A DNA stretch of 62,232 bases, filler included, from Basidiobolus ranarum (Eukaryota), in NCBI GenBank assembly GCA_040143965.1. It is 24 parts of 24 records of this genome, joined end to end, with 100 filler letters (N's around TTAATTAATTAA, not from the genome) between each part and the next. Parts side by side here need not be neighbours in the genome. Positions count along the whole stretch, not along the records: positions 36,432 to 38,926 come from JASJQH010003273.1; positions 39,027 to 41,519 come from JASJQH010003274.1; positions 41,620 to 44,110 come from JASJQH010003275.1; positions 44,211 to 46,701 come from JASJQH010003276.1; positions 46,802 to 49,291 come from JASJQH010003277.1; positions 49,392 to 51,881 come from JASJQH010003278.1; 18 more parts are not named here. One strand, given 5' to 3'. The translations under genes were made by a program, and so were the position numbers. Positions 37,587 through 49,640 of this stretch are shown here, in pieces (the stretch's first letter is position 1; each line of letters begins with the position of its first letter). Below the pieces are notes generated by a model. That model was not told where the DNA came from and did no database searches. It saw nothing but the letters and a program-made list of their open reading frames with translations.

Positions 37587-37962
37587 TGTTGTAGTTTATT
37601 GTCTTTATCATATTTGTTATCTCTATCTTAATACACCTAACTATTTCATATATTACATATAAGTTAGTTAACATTACTTAGTCAAATATCACTTGACTGA
37701 AAATCAGAACATATATTATATATATGTGAATATTATGAGAATTAGCAATTCTATATTGGAAATTTCAAACTCATCCAAATTGCCCCAAAGATAGCTCATT
37801 TTACTACCACATATGTTCTGAACACAACCCCAGTGTTAGTTTTTGGTATTTCTACCAAAATGTATAAATGCTTTATTTCTGGATGATAAACAATTATCTC
37901 ACAAAGCTATTCACAACTCCACATTTCTAAAGTTCCTCCAAACAGCCCATATTTTCCCAATA
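37587..37962. mobile_element. Solo LTR-like element, family A (376 bp, TGTT...AATA), with perfect 5-bp TSD TCATT
   Basis: TCATT at 37582-37586 and 37963-37967; other copies at 28643-28842, 37304-37530 (inverted), 45500-45750, 45898-46275 (inverted) and 56816-57059. Confidence 0.85.
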
Positions 37963-38139
37963 TCATTTGCAACTGTTTTGCAAGATCTTGAAATTTCACT
38001 CCTGAAACTTAAAAAAATTGATTAATGTCAAATCTAAGTTGACAATTTTATGATGGTAAATAAATGGTCAATCCCAAATGGATTACAGTTGCGATGGTTT
38101 TCCTACAATCACAATCCTCAAATTTCTGTTAGGGATATC

Positions 38140-38835
38140 TATATAAGCCCCATGTATTCCTTGATCAGACCTCAGTCTGATCAATGCTAGTTATCAATAA
38201 AGATTCTTGCCAAAGTATCTTCCCTGTCCAGTCTTGTCATGTCTTGTGGTCTACACCCAAGTACTCTCCTGCCTTGTAGCCTCTTGTCATTGTTTCCAGT
38301 CCTTGCCCAGTTTCTGATTATGATATCAGCAACATGCTGCTCCCTCCATCCATTCTCATATGAGATTTCAATCATTCCCACACCATTCATGTGAATGTCA
38401 CCATTACATTCTAGCATAGCAGAATATGTGTTGGACCATTAAGCTTACACAACAGCCTGATATTGCTTGGGCACATGAAAGTAGAAATATTATAGGAAAG
38501 CCATCAAACTAAAAGACTCTGAATGTCAGAGCTGCTGTCACTTGCTCTTACAATGAGTGGTTTAGCATTTTGGAAACTGTTTGGAATCTTGCCTGAAATC
38601 ACCTTGATTTGAGCCAATTGTGGAAAAACTTAAAACCTGGTATTACTCTGAAGGTTCTTGACTTATTTCATGTGGCTTATCCTGGATTTTGCAAGCAGAT
38701 GGCAATTGGGCAAGTATAGTCCTATTCATGAAACATCTCAAAAATGTATACACTTATCAACATGGAAAAGAATGAAAAGCAGCTTAAGAAGTACTCAATG
38801 GCCAGGAAGTTGGTAAACCAAAGGGAAAAGCAAAG
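38140..38835 (+). mobile_element. ORF2 copy, 5'/central part, degenerate
   Basis: WFSILETVWNLA*NHLDLSQLWKN.KPGITLKVLDLFHVAYPGF; homologous to 47230-47738 and 54572-55080. Confidence 0.7.
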
Positions 38836-39880
38836 CGTGACGCCAAGGGATACGCGACTGATAGCCATTTGAGTTGAGTTTTCCACTCCTTTGTGCCTCA
38901 TAAAACCAGAGGGAGTTGTTTAGGATNNNNNNNNNNNNNNNNNNNNNNNNNNNNNNNNNNNNNNNNNNNNTTAATTAATTAANNNNNNNNNNNNNNNNNN
39001 NNNNNNNNNNNNNNNNNNNNNNNNNNATCATGTCTCTGTCTGATTGGCAATAAATCTACAATGATTCTTACAACACCTATTGATAGAGCAGTTTTCTATG
39101 GCAATTATCAAAACTAAATCAAATATCGAGAATTGGAGCATCATAGGTATTAGCTATGTGGTAATGATGTTTTATTGGAATTGAATGCTGGAGTGGATAG
39201 TGAATGTTCTAGATCGCAAAGATGTCATACAATCGACAATAGAGTGAGACAAATAAATCAGTGCGTATTACAAATAGTAATTCCTGTTGCGTGTAGTATT
39301 TAACTAGTTTCATCATTTAGGGGTTTAAATGTATCATTCATACAAAAAGGCAACTACGATTCTGAGCTAAAAATGACGGAGTACAAGTTGTAAATAACAT
39401 CAGGGTCTCATTTATCAACCCAAATTAGGTCGGTAAATATGAATTTCCATTCCACCGATTTCATATTTTAGTTTTGATCGATGAATATTTGCCGAGCAAA
39501 CTAAAAACATCTACTGGTTGCGTATTACTTACCATATTGGTTACATGCAACTCATGCTTAACCTGATTAGTCACAAACTATGACTAATGGATTCACTCAT
39601 GTATGGACAGATTCGGTATCGCGAAGACATCCGAATCACTGAAATTACTTGCCGTGTGGTTTCTTTGATACTTTTCAATGAGAACATTGGGATACCAACT
39701 AATTAGGCTACGGATATTTCGGATCATACTAATACAGCGAAATATTGCATTTACGTGCAGCATCATCCGGAAATCGTCCACAAAGTAGATATAAAAGACG
39801 GTTCACCGCTCAGAAGAAAGGCATAATCTCTAAGAATTTCAAAATATTGTATACAAGCTTAAACCTACAAACATACTAAT

Positions 39881-40339
39881 ATGGACGCCACTATTCCAAT
39901 GTATGACTCTCTACGCTTTGCCGATAATGTCAATGTCCGTAGATCGTTCATTGCACTCTTCACCTTCTGGATCATCTGGGCTTTACTTCTCCTTGCCGAC
40001 CATGGAATGGGATTCGTAGCACACGACGACGCTCCTGCTACCAATAACACAACTGCAACTACTAAGCGCTACACTGGAACCAGAAGTAACGTCACTCGAG
40101 CTCAAAAGGTTGCACGTAACCTATTCATCACTATGCTCTGGATGTTGACAGCCAGTACTCTTGGCCTTGGACTCACTCGTGGCTCAATGATTCTGACATG
40201 GATTTACTTTGCCATCGGAGTCGTCTGGGTAGTAGTAGACCTTGTGATAGCTAATGGCATTATTGACTCAGTATTTGGACTTGTTGAGTTTGTATTGGCT
40301 TTGGCGGTCATGAGTATTGGATTTAGCAAGGGGTGGTAA
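39881..40339 (+). CDS. Small uncharacterised membrane protein (about 4 TM helices), 152 aa, complete
   Basis: ATG to TAA with no introns, TATAAAA upstream near 39790, four hydrophobic segments, paralogue on the opposite strand. Confidence 0.85.
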   Translation: MDATIPMYDSLRFADNVNVRRSFIALFTFWIIWALLLLADHGMGFVAHDDAPATNNTTATTKRYTGTRSNVTRAQKVARNLFITMLWMLTASTLGLGLTRGSMILTWIYFAIGVVWVVVDLVIANGIIDSVFGLVEFVLALAVMSIGFSKGW

Positions 40340-41060
40340 ATGTCCTCAGAACTCTCACACCAAACACGTACTGTAATAATTTAGCTTTTTTTTTTGTATC
40401 GTTAATATGTAAATTTATCAGTCACCTTTCGATCAAATAAAATTCTTCCAGTCATAAACATTTATACCATGTGGTTGACATCATGCTTAAAATTCGAACC
40501 AATAATGCCACTGTAGGAGTATTGCTCTTTGACAAAGAGAAATACAATAGTTTATGTGAATTAATACTCCAAAACGCTGAATATAACAAAATGGTAACGT
40601 CATTAGAAGCAAATGCTATCAATTAGCATGGAAATCAATACGATGATGTATATGTCAAAGTGATTGTAAAAGTGTTCTCTATTATTCTTTGACGTTAAGG
40701 CAATTTTATTTCACATATATATAGTACTGATAATTAATCCTGGTGTACTTAGGTACAAATGGTTATAAGGGCGAAGAAAAATATAGAGATGACTAACAGC
40801 TTCCAACGCTTCATATATGACAAGATCAATACTGATATATACCATTGATATTTATTTTGGTGCAGAAGACTTACGAAAGACCAGTCGCGTAATAATTTAC
40901 CTGGGTGTGGAATTCGCATCGAAATATTATCATTTGAAGTAGTAACAGAAACGCATTTACTAATGTTATCTGCTTTTATTATGAACATTTACTTGATACA
41001 AATTAGAGATTATACATGATATTACAAGAAAATGAAATATATCAAGGTTTTCCGTATATT

Positions 41061-41519
41061 TTACCATCCAAAATGGAAGGCTATACCCATAATTGCCAAA
41101 GCAAATGCAAACTCAACAACTCCGAAGCCAACTCTGGAAATTGGATGAGATACAATAAACTCAACCCCGATCCATATAAGAGCGAAGGAAAAGTATAGCC
41201 AAGCAACAATCATGGAGCCTCGAGTGATGCCATAACCTAGAGTACTGGCCACCAATACCCACAGGAGAGTAAGGAACAGGTTGCGCGCTAGTGTCTCAGC
41301 TCTTGCTACCTTGGCACCGAAAGTTGACAGAGTAGGAGCAACGGTAGTGGTGGTGGCAGGAATGGCCGTCTGACTTTCCACCGCAGGATGTGCTGACTCA
41401 GTTGAACCCACCCGCTCGCGCATAGCTGGACCTGTAGTGGCAGTAGCAAGGTTGCGGTCGTTCCAAGTGAAGAAGTATTTGGCTAACTGAAGTAGAGCCC
41501 ACACCATCCACAGGGTCCA
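41061..41519 (-). CDS. Paralogue of the 4-TM protein, 5'-partial
   Basis: Shares W..WALL.LA, RA...ARNLF.T.LW.L.ASTLG.G.TRGSMI..W.YF, FG.VEF..ALA.M.I.F..GW*. Confidence 0.85.
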   Translation of the reverse strand, partial: WTLWMVWALLQLAKYFFTWNDRNLATATTGPAMRERVGSTESAHPAVESQTAIPATTTTVAPTLSTFGAKVARAETLARNLFLTLLWVLVASTLGYGITRGSMIVAWLYFSFALIWIGVEFIVSHPISRVGFGVVEFAFALAIMGIAFHFGW

Positions 41520-41619
41520 NNNNNNNNNNNNNNNNNNNNNNNNNNNNNNNNNNNNNNNNNNNNTTAATTAATTAANNNNNNNNNNNNNNNNNNNNNNNNN
41601 NNNNNNNNNNNNNNNNNNN

Positions 41620-42605
41620 TACTGATGCTCTTTTTCATTCCACTCAAGTGTTTCTTGACCCATTTGGGCATAACCACCAAGAATAAGAATATCATCATTT
41701 CTTGGTACGATGAACTCAAATCTTCCTTCCTCGGCCTTCTGTTTCTCTTCGGCAGTGGCATTAGTATCAGCATCCCGTTGAGAGATTGAAATACATCCTT
41801 CAATCTTTTTGAAACTCTTTCCGTCATTCTTTGCGTGAATAAGGATTCCTCAAAGAGGCTTCATCTTCCCATCGCCACATAGCTCTCTGGAGGCCATGTC
41901 AGTGCAGTTGACGATGATATCAGCCTTGAAGCGCTTTAACAGATCAGGTGCTTCTTCATGAAGAGTATCTTCAACTATGCCCTGGAGAAGTGTAACACCT
42001 GCATCTTCAACTAATCTTCTTAACCAATGGAGGTAGTTTCCAGGATCAACCACACATGACAGATGCTCATAACCATCAACAATGTTGTAACCATTTTTCT
42101 CCCGATTAGTATTGATATTGTATCTCTTGATTAAATCTTGGAGGTTGTCATTGAATCCATCACATACAAGTTCAATTTCACTCTTCTTTTTTAGACCCTC
42201 GATGGTAAGTTTGCGATCGAAGAGAAAACATGACATGCGTTTACGAATACCCGTCTTGTTCGCACCAAATTTATCAGCAATATCCTTAAATTGAAGGTAG
42301 GAAATCTGGCACCAATGTTGTGAGTTCTTTGATTGTTCTTCAGTATCCTTACCATGAGAGCCACAAACGGCAGGAGGCCATTCTCATAATGCACCAGCAA
42401 TCTCAGAGACTATCTCATCGCCATGGGCTCCGTGTCGTGCATATTATTTTGCTAGGACAGTAACCTTGCATCCCACATTGCGTAAAGCCCAAGGAGTAGT
42501 AAGACCGGAGACACCACCTCCAATAATGAGGACATACGGTTTGATGCCATCGGTACGAGTGATTTTGACCCTCTTGTAAAGATCTCCAGAGTACATTTTT
42601 TGCAT
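41620..42605 (-). pseudogene. FAD-dependent D-amino-acid oxidase family pseudogene, intronless, 3'-partial
   Basis: VLIIGGGVSGLTT, EIAGAL*EWPPAVCG, ADIIVNCT, PL*G, FIVPRNDDILILGG all in one frame, with three stops (42444-42446, 42384-42386, 41850-41852). Confidence 0.88.
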
Positions 42606-43934
42606 CTTGGGTTATTTCGTTTTGAAATACTTCTCAGGTCTTAATGAATATGGAGTTGGCCAGAAGCCATAAGATATATTGAATAATGGTGAAGCTCGTA
42701 GCTTTTATATCTTCGAAGTGAAAATTCAATTATACCCTTAGACATCTCTTTGTTCTGCGGTGCAACCCATGGTATACCTCATTTCTGGGTCAATGCTTAG
42801 ACCTTTACTTGCTGACAGAAATTCAACATTGGGTTATACTAATAATGCAATTATGATGCTCTGACTGGTAATACGAAGTGTGCGAAAGCGCTGGTTGTAT
42901 TTATTTCCTAAACAAAATGACTGGTACTAGTTGGCGTATGGGGAATAAGATATCTTACAATGTATAAACACATACTGCTTAATAAATATTTTCTATTTAG
43001 CGATGGTACAAAGATAATATATACCACACGTTATTTAAAGCATATCCAAAGACACTATTCCATTTATGAAAAGATGGCCCGTTTTTCATATCAATTCATT
43101 GTGTAATTGGAGTTTTTATATTGTGGTAATGTATGTGCATGACTTATTTAGTCATGGTCTGGGCTTTCGTAAAAGTATTCAGTTGGCGATGTATTTTCTA
43201 GACTCAACAATATGCAAGTACTTATCTGTATTATTACCTATGTTTAATACAATGTTCGAAAGAGTAGCTGCAATACCTACCCGGTATTTATTCTTGATAA
43301 GTACCTAATGCTGAGCAACTGTTCAAGAGGAATACGAATGCACTCATAGTTCAGCCTAAAATATGTAAACTGCACTTCCAATCAGTACAAGAATTCATCC
43401 CATCTACTCCTAACTACTACTACATTGGAGATGAGTCTCGGGTGAAGAGTGAAATGTATCATTATGTATGGGCTGGTGATCAAGTTTTTACAAATACCTA
43501 ATTCTCCATTGTTTACTATACCACTACGATACTATTTAGTAATAATCTGATAGATTGGAGAATAGACTCATTGCTAAAGAAAGCCCTCTAACGTTGTATA
43601 TTTTTGAGATTTGTGGACAATGTTTTAGGATATGTAGTATTTGCGAATGAGAAGGATAGACCGAATACTATTATCAAAGGTTGTCTTAACTGTGAGCTAT
43701 TATCTAATTTGTTTATAATATATTATACCTTTATCTAAACATACTGTGATAGCAAAGTATATTAAATGTTAGATAAAAGGGAGACTAGGTAGAAAGTTGC
43801 ATAATAAACCTTATCAGGTGAGAATTCTATCAACGATCCAAGACCGGAGTGAAAATCTACAATCCTACCACATAATACAACGCAATAAAACGCTGTCAGG
43901 TCATAAAACCTCACTGATGTGATTTAATGGGTAA

Positions 43935-44110
43935 TTTAGGGGGGATGAAAAGCACCATATGGTGTAGACTTTATTTAGCTTAAATACTAATCTAAACAGA
44001 GTGACAATCAAGACATCAATCTTTTAAGATATTGTGACAATACTGGATCATATCCATACTTAACCTGATGACCAATGTAATCAAGCTCAGAGGATGTAAA
44101 TATAGTGTTA
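43935..44110. repeat. LTR family D fragment
   Basis: Reverse complement of 7850-8025. Confidence 0.75.
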
Positions 44111-44210
44111 NNNNNNNNNNNNNNNNNNNNNNNNNNNNNNNNNNNNNNNNNNNNTTAATTAATTAANNNNNNNNNNNNNNNNNNNNNNNNNNNNNNNNNN
44201 NNNNNNNNNN

Positions 44211-46436
44211 CATTCTGGGAGTTCCCAATGGAGTGCACCTGCAGTGAAATGTTGCTCTATGTGAAATTGTCAATATTACCATGTTCTAATCTGATTAATC
44301 AATGTATCAGCAAAATCAGTGATGGATGTAATGCAATGGGTTAAGGAGACTCCACAGTATATTAACCTGCCAACAAAGGGCTCTTTTCAATTTGCTCACA
44401 GGTTTTTGCATTGTTTGAGCACAATAACAGCAACAAAGCTCAATCCATGGACACAGAGTAAGTACCTTTATAATTGAACTAATTTGCTTGTGTGATAATC
44501 TGATGGTATTCTTAGGAAAGCTGCAAGACAGACTTCTTGGTGATATAGATGGAGATATGCAGTATTATTGTTTTAGCCATGGTGTAATCTATTCAAGCAC
44601 TGACACAGCTGCTTGTGGCAGGACATTTGTTGATTGCAAGTTGGGGATATATTTGCTGAATTCTTTACGGAAATTTGCCAAAATCCAAGAGCTTATTCTC
44701 ATTGTAAATGGTAACAAGTGTCAGCTATTTTCCAAGTGTCAGTACTATTCAAAATTTCAGATGTTTAGCAATTTTTCCACCATTAGTTTGCTGGTGAAGC
44801 ATATTGATGTTGTTGAGTTATGGACTTGTTCCATTGTGCCAGGATTTATCAGACCTTGGATCAATATATTAGAGTATATGTGATTGAAATTGATCGTGCC
44901 AGAGGGTGATAGATAGTGCCAAATTGTGCCGCATAAATTTTAGAATACTTTATCCAATATGATATATACAGCACAATTCGGCACTATCACAGAGAACAAG
45001 TCCTATGTCTGATCAGTCAAATATGTGCATATGTAGAGACTAAAAATAACAAGATTCTTGTATTTTTTGATTCTCATTATGGCTGGAATACAAAGCCTAA
45101 AATATCTAAATGAAGGCATGCATATTTATTCAAGTTTGTACAGCAGTAAACCAAGTAATTTGCTATTTGAAATTTATATTTTTGCAAAAATTGCTGGATA
45201 TTGAATAAAGCATGCCAAATTTGAGGATCAATATTTTAACATGTATGAATACCATCAAGATACTGTCAAGAAACCATCATCACACCATCAAAATCCCTGG
45301 CAGAATGCAAGCCAACAATATTGTGACGGTTCTCTGATGGTTTTGCTATTTTGGAGGGTGGATCCAATCCAGATCAAATCAGTTTTATTTTTGTTAGGGC
45401 AAAGTGCACCCACCATAATTTTCTAGGATAATCAATTTGCATTTCTTTGGCTAAAAATCTCAAATTGCACACTAGAAGTAAGCACATTGACATTCAACAT
45501 CACTTTATATATATGTGAATAACGTGAGAATTAGCAATTCCATATTGGAAATTTAAAACTTGTCCAAATTGCCCCAAATTTAGCTCATTTTACTCCCACC
45601 AATGTTCTAAACAGAACCCCAGTGTTAGCTTTCTGTATCTCCACCAAAATGTATAAATACTTAATTTCTGAACAGTAAATAATTATCTCACAAAGCTATT
45701 CACAACTCCACTTCTCTAAAGTTCCTCCAAAAGCTCATATTTTCCCAATAAATTTTATGACTTATAGTCCTTCAGTAATTAAACTACCTTCATATCCAAA
45801 TGGTTGTTTGGCTTTCACTGGTGATCTGAAAAACCTGAAGTCATGTACTGTTTGCAAACAATTGGCAATTACAGAATCAGATAAATATTGTTCATATGAT
45901 TGGGAAAATATGGGCTGTTTGGAGGAACTTTTGAAAAGTGGAGTTGTGAATAGCATTGTGACATAGTTATTTATTGTCCAGAAATTAAGTATTTATTCAT
46001 TTTGGTGGAGATACAGAAAACTAACACTAAGGTTGTGTTCACAACATCTGTGGGAGTAAGATGAGCTTTTTTTGGGGCAATTTGGACAAGTTTGCAATTT
46101 TCAATATGGAATTGGTAATTCTCACATTATTCACATATATATATAATATATGTTCCAATTTGCAGTTAAGTGATATTTGACTAAGTAACCTTAACTAACA
46201 TAAATGTGATATATGAAATAGGTAGGTATATAAAGATAGAGACAACAAATATGATAAAGACAATAAACCTCAACATATATTTGGCTTACATACCCTTGAT
46301 TCCCTCTCTTAAAGATTTGATAAAATCACCCAAATATAGATCATTGATCCACTACCAGAGTACTCACCATAACGTGGATGGTATTACCAATATAGTTGAT
46401 GAATATCACTACCAGAATCTGAAAAGTCAAGGTTTC
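44211..46436 (+). mobile_element. CACTA-like transposase fragments with a nested MITE and two family A LTRs in opposite orientation
   Basis: FWEFPME C-terminal part at 44211-45320; PNGCLAF...YHYQNLKSQGF part at 45756-46436, split by LTR 45898-46275 (TSD CATAT/TATAT). Confidence 0.85.
44822..45003. mobile_element. 182-bp MITE, PIF/Harbinger (Tourist)-like
   Basis: Perfect 10-bp terminal inverted repeat (TIR) GGACTTGTTC...GAACAAGTCC and 3-bp TSD TAT; the empty site GAGTTATGTCTG is seen in the sister copy near 25815. Confidence 0.85.
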
Positions 46437-46701
46437 TGTTGGATAATTAATCTTTATTCAACATCATAGTGAGCTTTAGTTATGATACATATATCAGAAA
46501 CAGAAAGCAACGTATCTATAGCCCCTATATTCTAAATAGGATTATCTCTTTATCTATATAACAAGTATGTCTTATTACCCCCACTTATCAATTATATCTT
46601 ATTACACAAACTCCTGAATATCTCAAACAATTGATTTACTTTTCTACTATATAAGTCACCATATACTCTTAAGAATAAACTAACTAAAACACACTATCAT
46701 A
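46437..46701. repeat. LTR-like insertion starting TGTTGG inside the transposase
   Basis: Abrupt junction after SQGF; its last ~58 bp are nearly the reverse complement of 5058-5115. Confidence 0.55.
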
Positions 46702-46801
46702 NNNNNNNNNNNNNNNNNNNNNNNNNNNNNNNNNNNNNNNNNNNNTTAATTAATTAANNNNNNNNNNNNNNNNNNNNNNNNNNNNNNNNNNNNNNNNNNN
46801 N

Positions 46802-47738
46802 TCTGCATGGTTTACACCAGACTGAATGTCAAGTTGAATGTTCTTCTTCTGAAGCCTCTTTCTTCATATTTGCATTGTATTTTTCCCTACATACTTTCCA
46901 AAATACTCCTCAGCACTTTGACTATTTCTGTACATCCTTGTAGTGTGACACTACTGAGGGTGCTTTGTGGTGTTTGTGTGGCTTTTTGGTTGCCTTTAAC
47001 TTTGGGGCTAATTTCAACACTTTGAAAAGTACCAGTAGAGGTTGGAGAGCCGTGAGTTTTGTTTGCTAGTGTTTTGGCTTGTTGAGAGGTGCCAGGTGTT
47101 GGATAAACTTCCGAATTTAGCACTCTTCTAACTGGTGTACATGGTTCCATGGTGAAATTAAGCTTTTGCCAGTATATCAGACTCTGGAATTGCAGAACTT
47201 TGTAATGGTGTGAAGAATTTGGTAAGTGCAACAGTAGAGCCTAAACTCACTGGCTCCTAAGCTTTCCCCTTACATTTACTCACTTCCTGCTCCTTGAGTA
47301 CTTCTTTAGCTGCTTTTCTTTCTTTTCCAAGTCAATAATTGCACACATTTTTGAGATGTTTCAGGAATAGGCCTATACAAGCCCATTGCCATTTGCTTGC
47401 AAAAACCCAGGATAAGCCATGTCAAATATGTCAAGAACCTTCAGAGTAATGCCTGATTTTTGGTTTTTCCACAATTGGCTCAAATCTAGGTGATTTTGGG
47501 CAAGATTCCACACAGTTTCCAAAATGTTAATCCACTCATAATCAGAGCAAATGATGGCAGCTCTGACACTCAGAGTCTTTTGGTTTGCCAGTTTTCCTAT
47601 GAGATTTCTATTTACCTGTGCCCAAGGAATTTTGGGTTGTTGTGTAGGCTTAATTGTCAGACACATATTCTGGTTTGCTAGATTGTCATGGTGACTTTCA
47701 TGTATATGGTATGGGATTGATTGAAATCCCATATGAGA
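46802..47738 (-). mobile_element. ORF2 copy, central part
   Basis: ORFs 47373-47732 and 46887-47231 are homologous to the other ORF2 copies. Confidence 0.7.
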
Positions 47739-47739
47739 A

Positions 47740-48540
47740 TTGTCTCAGAATCAGCTGATGATGATATTGATGGGCTATACCTAAAAACCACCCTTATGTG
47801 GAAGGTTTTTGTTTTTCTACAATATCCTTCTCATGCTGCAACACAAACATTTAAAGAAGCCCAGCGATCATTGTCACAATTCTTGTGCTATGAAAGCTAG
47901 ATGCTTCACAGAAAAAATAATCACAAGCATGGTCATTGTACAAAGCCACCAGCTGCACAAAGCCTGGTGTATAACAACAGTAATAAGTACACTAAGTTGA
48001 CTCTAGCTTTGCCCATTGAGTCCACTGACTGTAGTTTACCTCAAAGTTTTGGTAACACTGCCAGAAGTCAAGATACTATTGAGTTACCACAGTTGTATGA
48101 CCAAAATGATGTAGGTAGAAATGCAACTTTGGTCAAACCAATAAGTCCTGACAACTTTGAGGACTAACTGCTAGATGTTGATCTTGGTTATCCAGACTGA
48201 TGGTAGTATATCAGAAGTTGAAGAAGAAGAAGACAATGGTTTTATTATGGACTTTTTGTTATTGGTAAACATTAGTCCACTAATAACACTTAGTGTAAAG
48301 GAAGTGCTTTGATTATTGAGGAGTGGAGAGTTCAATCCAATCTTACCAACCAGGTGTTTATGGGTTTTCTTACACCTTTACCACAGTTGATTGGCAAATG
48401 TTGCATGCCACAGACCTGGTACAAGTGGAAAACACTTATGAATTGTATGACTTATAATCCTTCAGTAATTAAACTACCTTCATGTCCAAATGGTTGTTTG
48501 GCTTTCACCGGTAATCTGAAAAACCTAAAGTCATATGCTG
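47740..48540 (+). mobile_element. CACTA-like transposase 5' part, ending just after CPNGCLAF at the junction with the hydrolase-bearing segment
   Basis: Collinear with 52980-53590 and 34500-35200. Confidence 0.85.
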
Positions 48541-48658
48541 CTAAACATCATTCCGCAATGAATCATCACGTGATATGGAATGCTATATAACACAATCAGT
48601 TTGGGGACTCTGGAATCTTACAACAGTACCTTTCCCTAGTCACACAAGCAAGTACATA

Positions 48659-49291
48659 ATGACAAATGTCAAAAAGCAAAATGTGACCTTTGACCACCAA
48701 GGTCTCAAGATTGCTGGTATCTTGAACATTCCACACAATCTAAAAGAAACTGACAAACTTCCTGCAATAGTTTGTGTTCACCCTGGAAGCAGCTGCAAAA
48801 ATCAGACAGCTGGCCTTTATGCTGAAAAACTAGCAGAAGTTGGTTATATCACATTAGCATTTGATGCTTTGTATCAAGGTCAGAGTGAAGGCAATCTCCA
48901 GTATATTGAAGAACCAGCAGCACATGTAGAAGATATCCATTGCACAGTAGATTACCTCACTACACTAACATACATTAATGAAAATTGAATTGGTGTATTG
49001 GGTGTATGTGCTGGCAGAGGTTATGCCATGAAAACTGCTATGACCAAGCATTGTATCAAAGCTGTTGGAACCGTTGTTGGTGCTAACCTTGGGCAGTGCT
49101 ATTGTGACATGAATGGTGACACTGATGGTGTCATCAAAGCATTGGAAGCCATTGGCCAACAGCAAACTGCTGAAGCACGAGGCACTGAGGCATTGATTAC
49201 CAATTGGATCCCAAAAAATCAGGAAGAGAGGGAAAAGGCTGGTATTACCGATATTGACATCAGAGAAGCAGTTGATTACTACACAACCTCG
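48659..49291 (+). pseudogene. Bacterial-type YcjY-like alpha/beta hydrolase pseudogene, intronless, 3'-partial
   Basis: MTNVKKQNVTF...PAIVCVHPGSSCKNQTAGLYAEKLA..GYITLAFDA.YQG.SEG...VEDI...VDYL...EN*IGVLGVCAGRGYA...EAVDYYTT; a single in-frame TGA at 48986-48988. Confidence 0.88.
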
Positions 49292-49391
49292 NNNNNNNNN
49301 NNNNNNNNNNNNNNNNNNNNNNNNNNNNNNNNNNNTTAATTAATTAANNNNNNNNNNNNNNNNNNNNNNNNNNNNNNNNNNNNNNNNNNNN

Positions 49392-49640
49392 TTCAATAGT
49401 ATGCACGTGGTTTGACTTCTTAGCAAGAACATAGATGGTGTTCTTGACAGTGTCGGTTGGGACAATGGAGCTATTGTCAGCTTCAGTGTAGGAAGTCTCA
49501 AACTTGCCATCGAGAAGAACCTGGCAGGTAAGCTCAACTACATCGTGCCAATTCTTGGTGTGACGAATAACCTTAGTGACGCGAACTTTAGTCTTGCCAT
49601 AGGCTTGTTTCTTCAAATAGGCGCTAGCGTTACTGGACAT
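49392..49640 (-). CDS. Uricase (urate oxidase) paralogue A, N-terminal 83 aa, 3'-partial
   Basis: YGKTKVRV, SYTEADNSSIVPTDTVKNTIYVLAK. Confidence 0.95.

Noticed and set aside
45500-46275. Large inverted repeat around a transposase fragment, resembling the TIRs of a foldback element (similar at 37304-37962)
   Set aside because: Explained by two independent family A LTR insertions in opposite orientation, one with its own TSD.
41850-48988. TGA at conserved Trp/Arg sites, suggesting recoding or selenocysteine
   Set aside because: Explained by single transitions (CGA>TGA, TGG>TGA) in genes that carry other inactivating changes.
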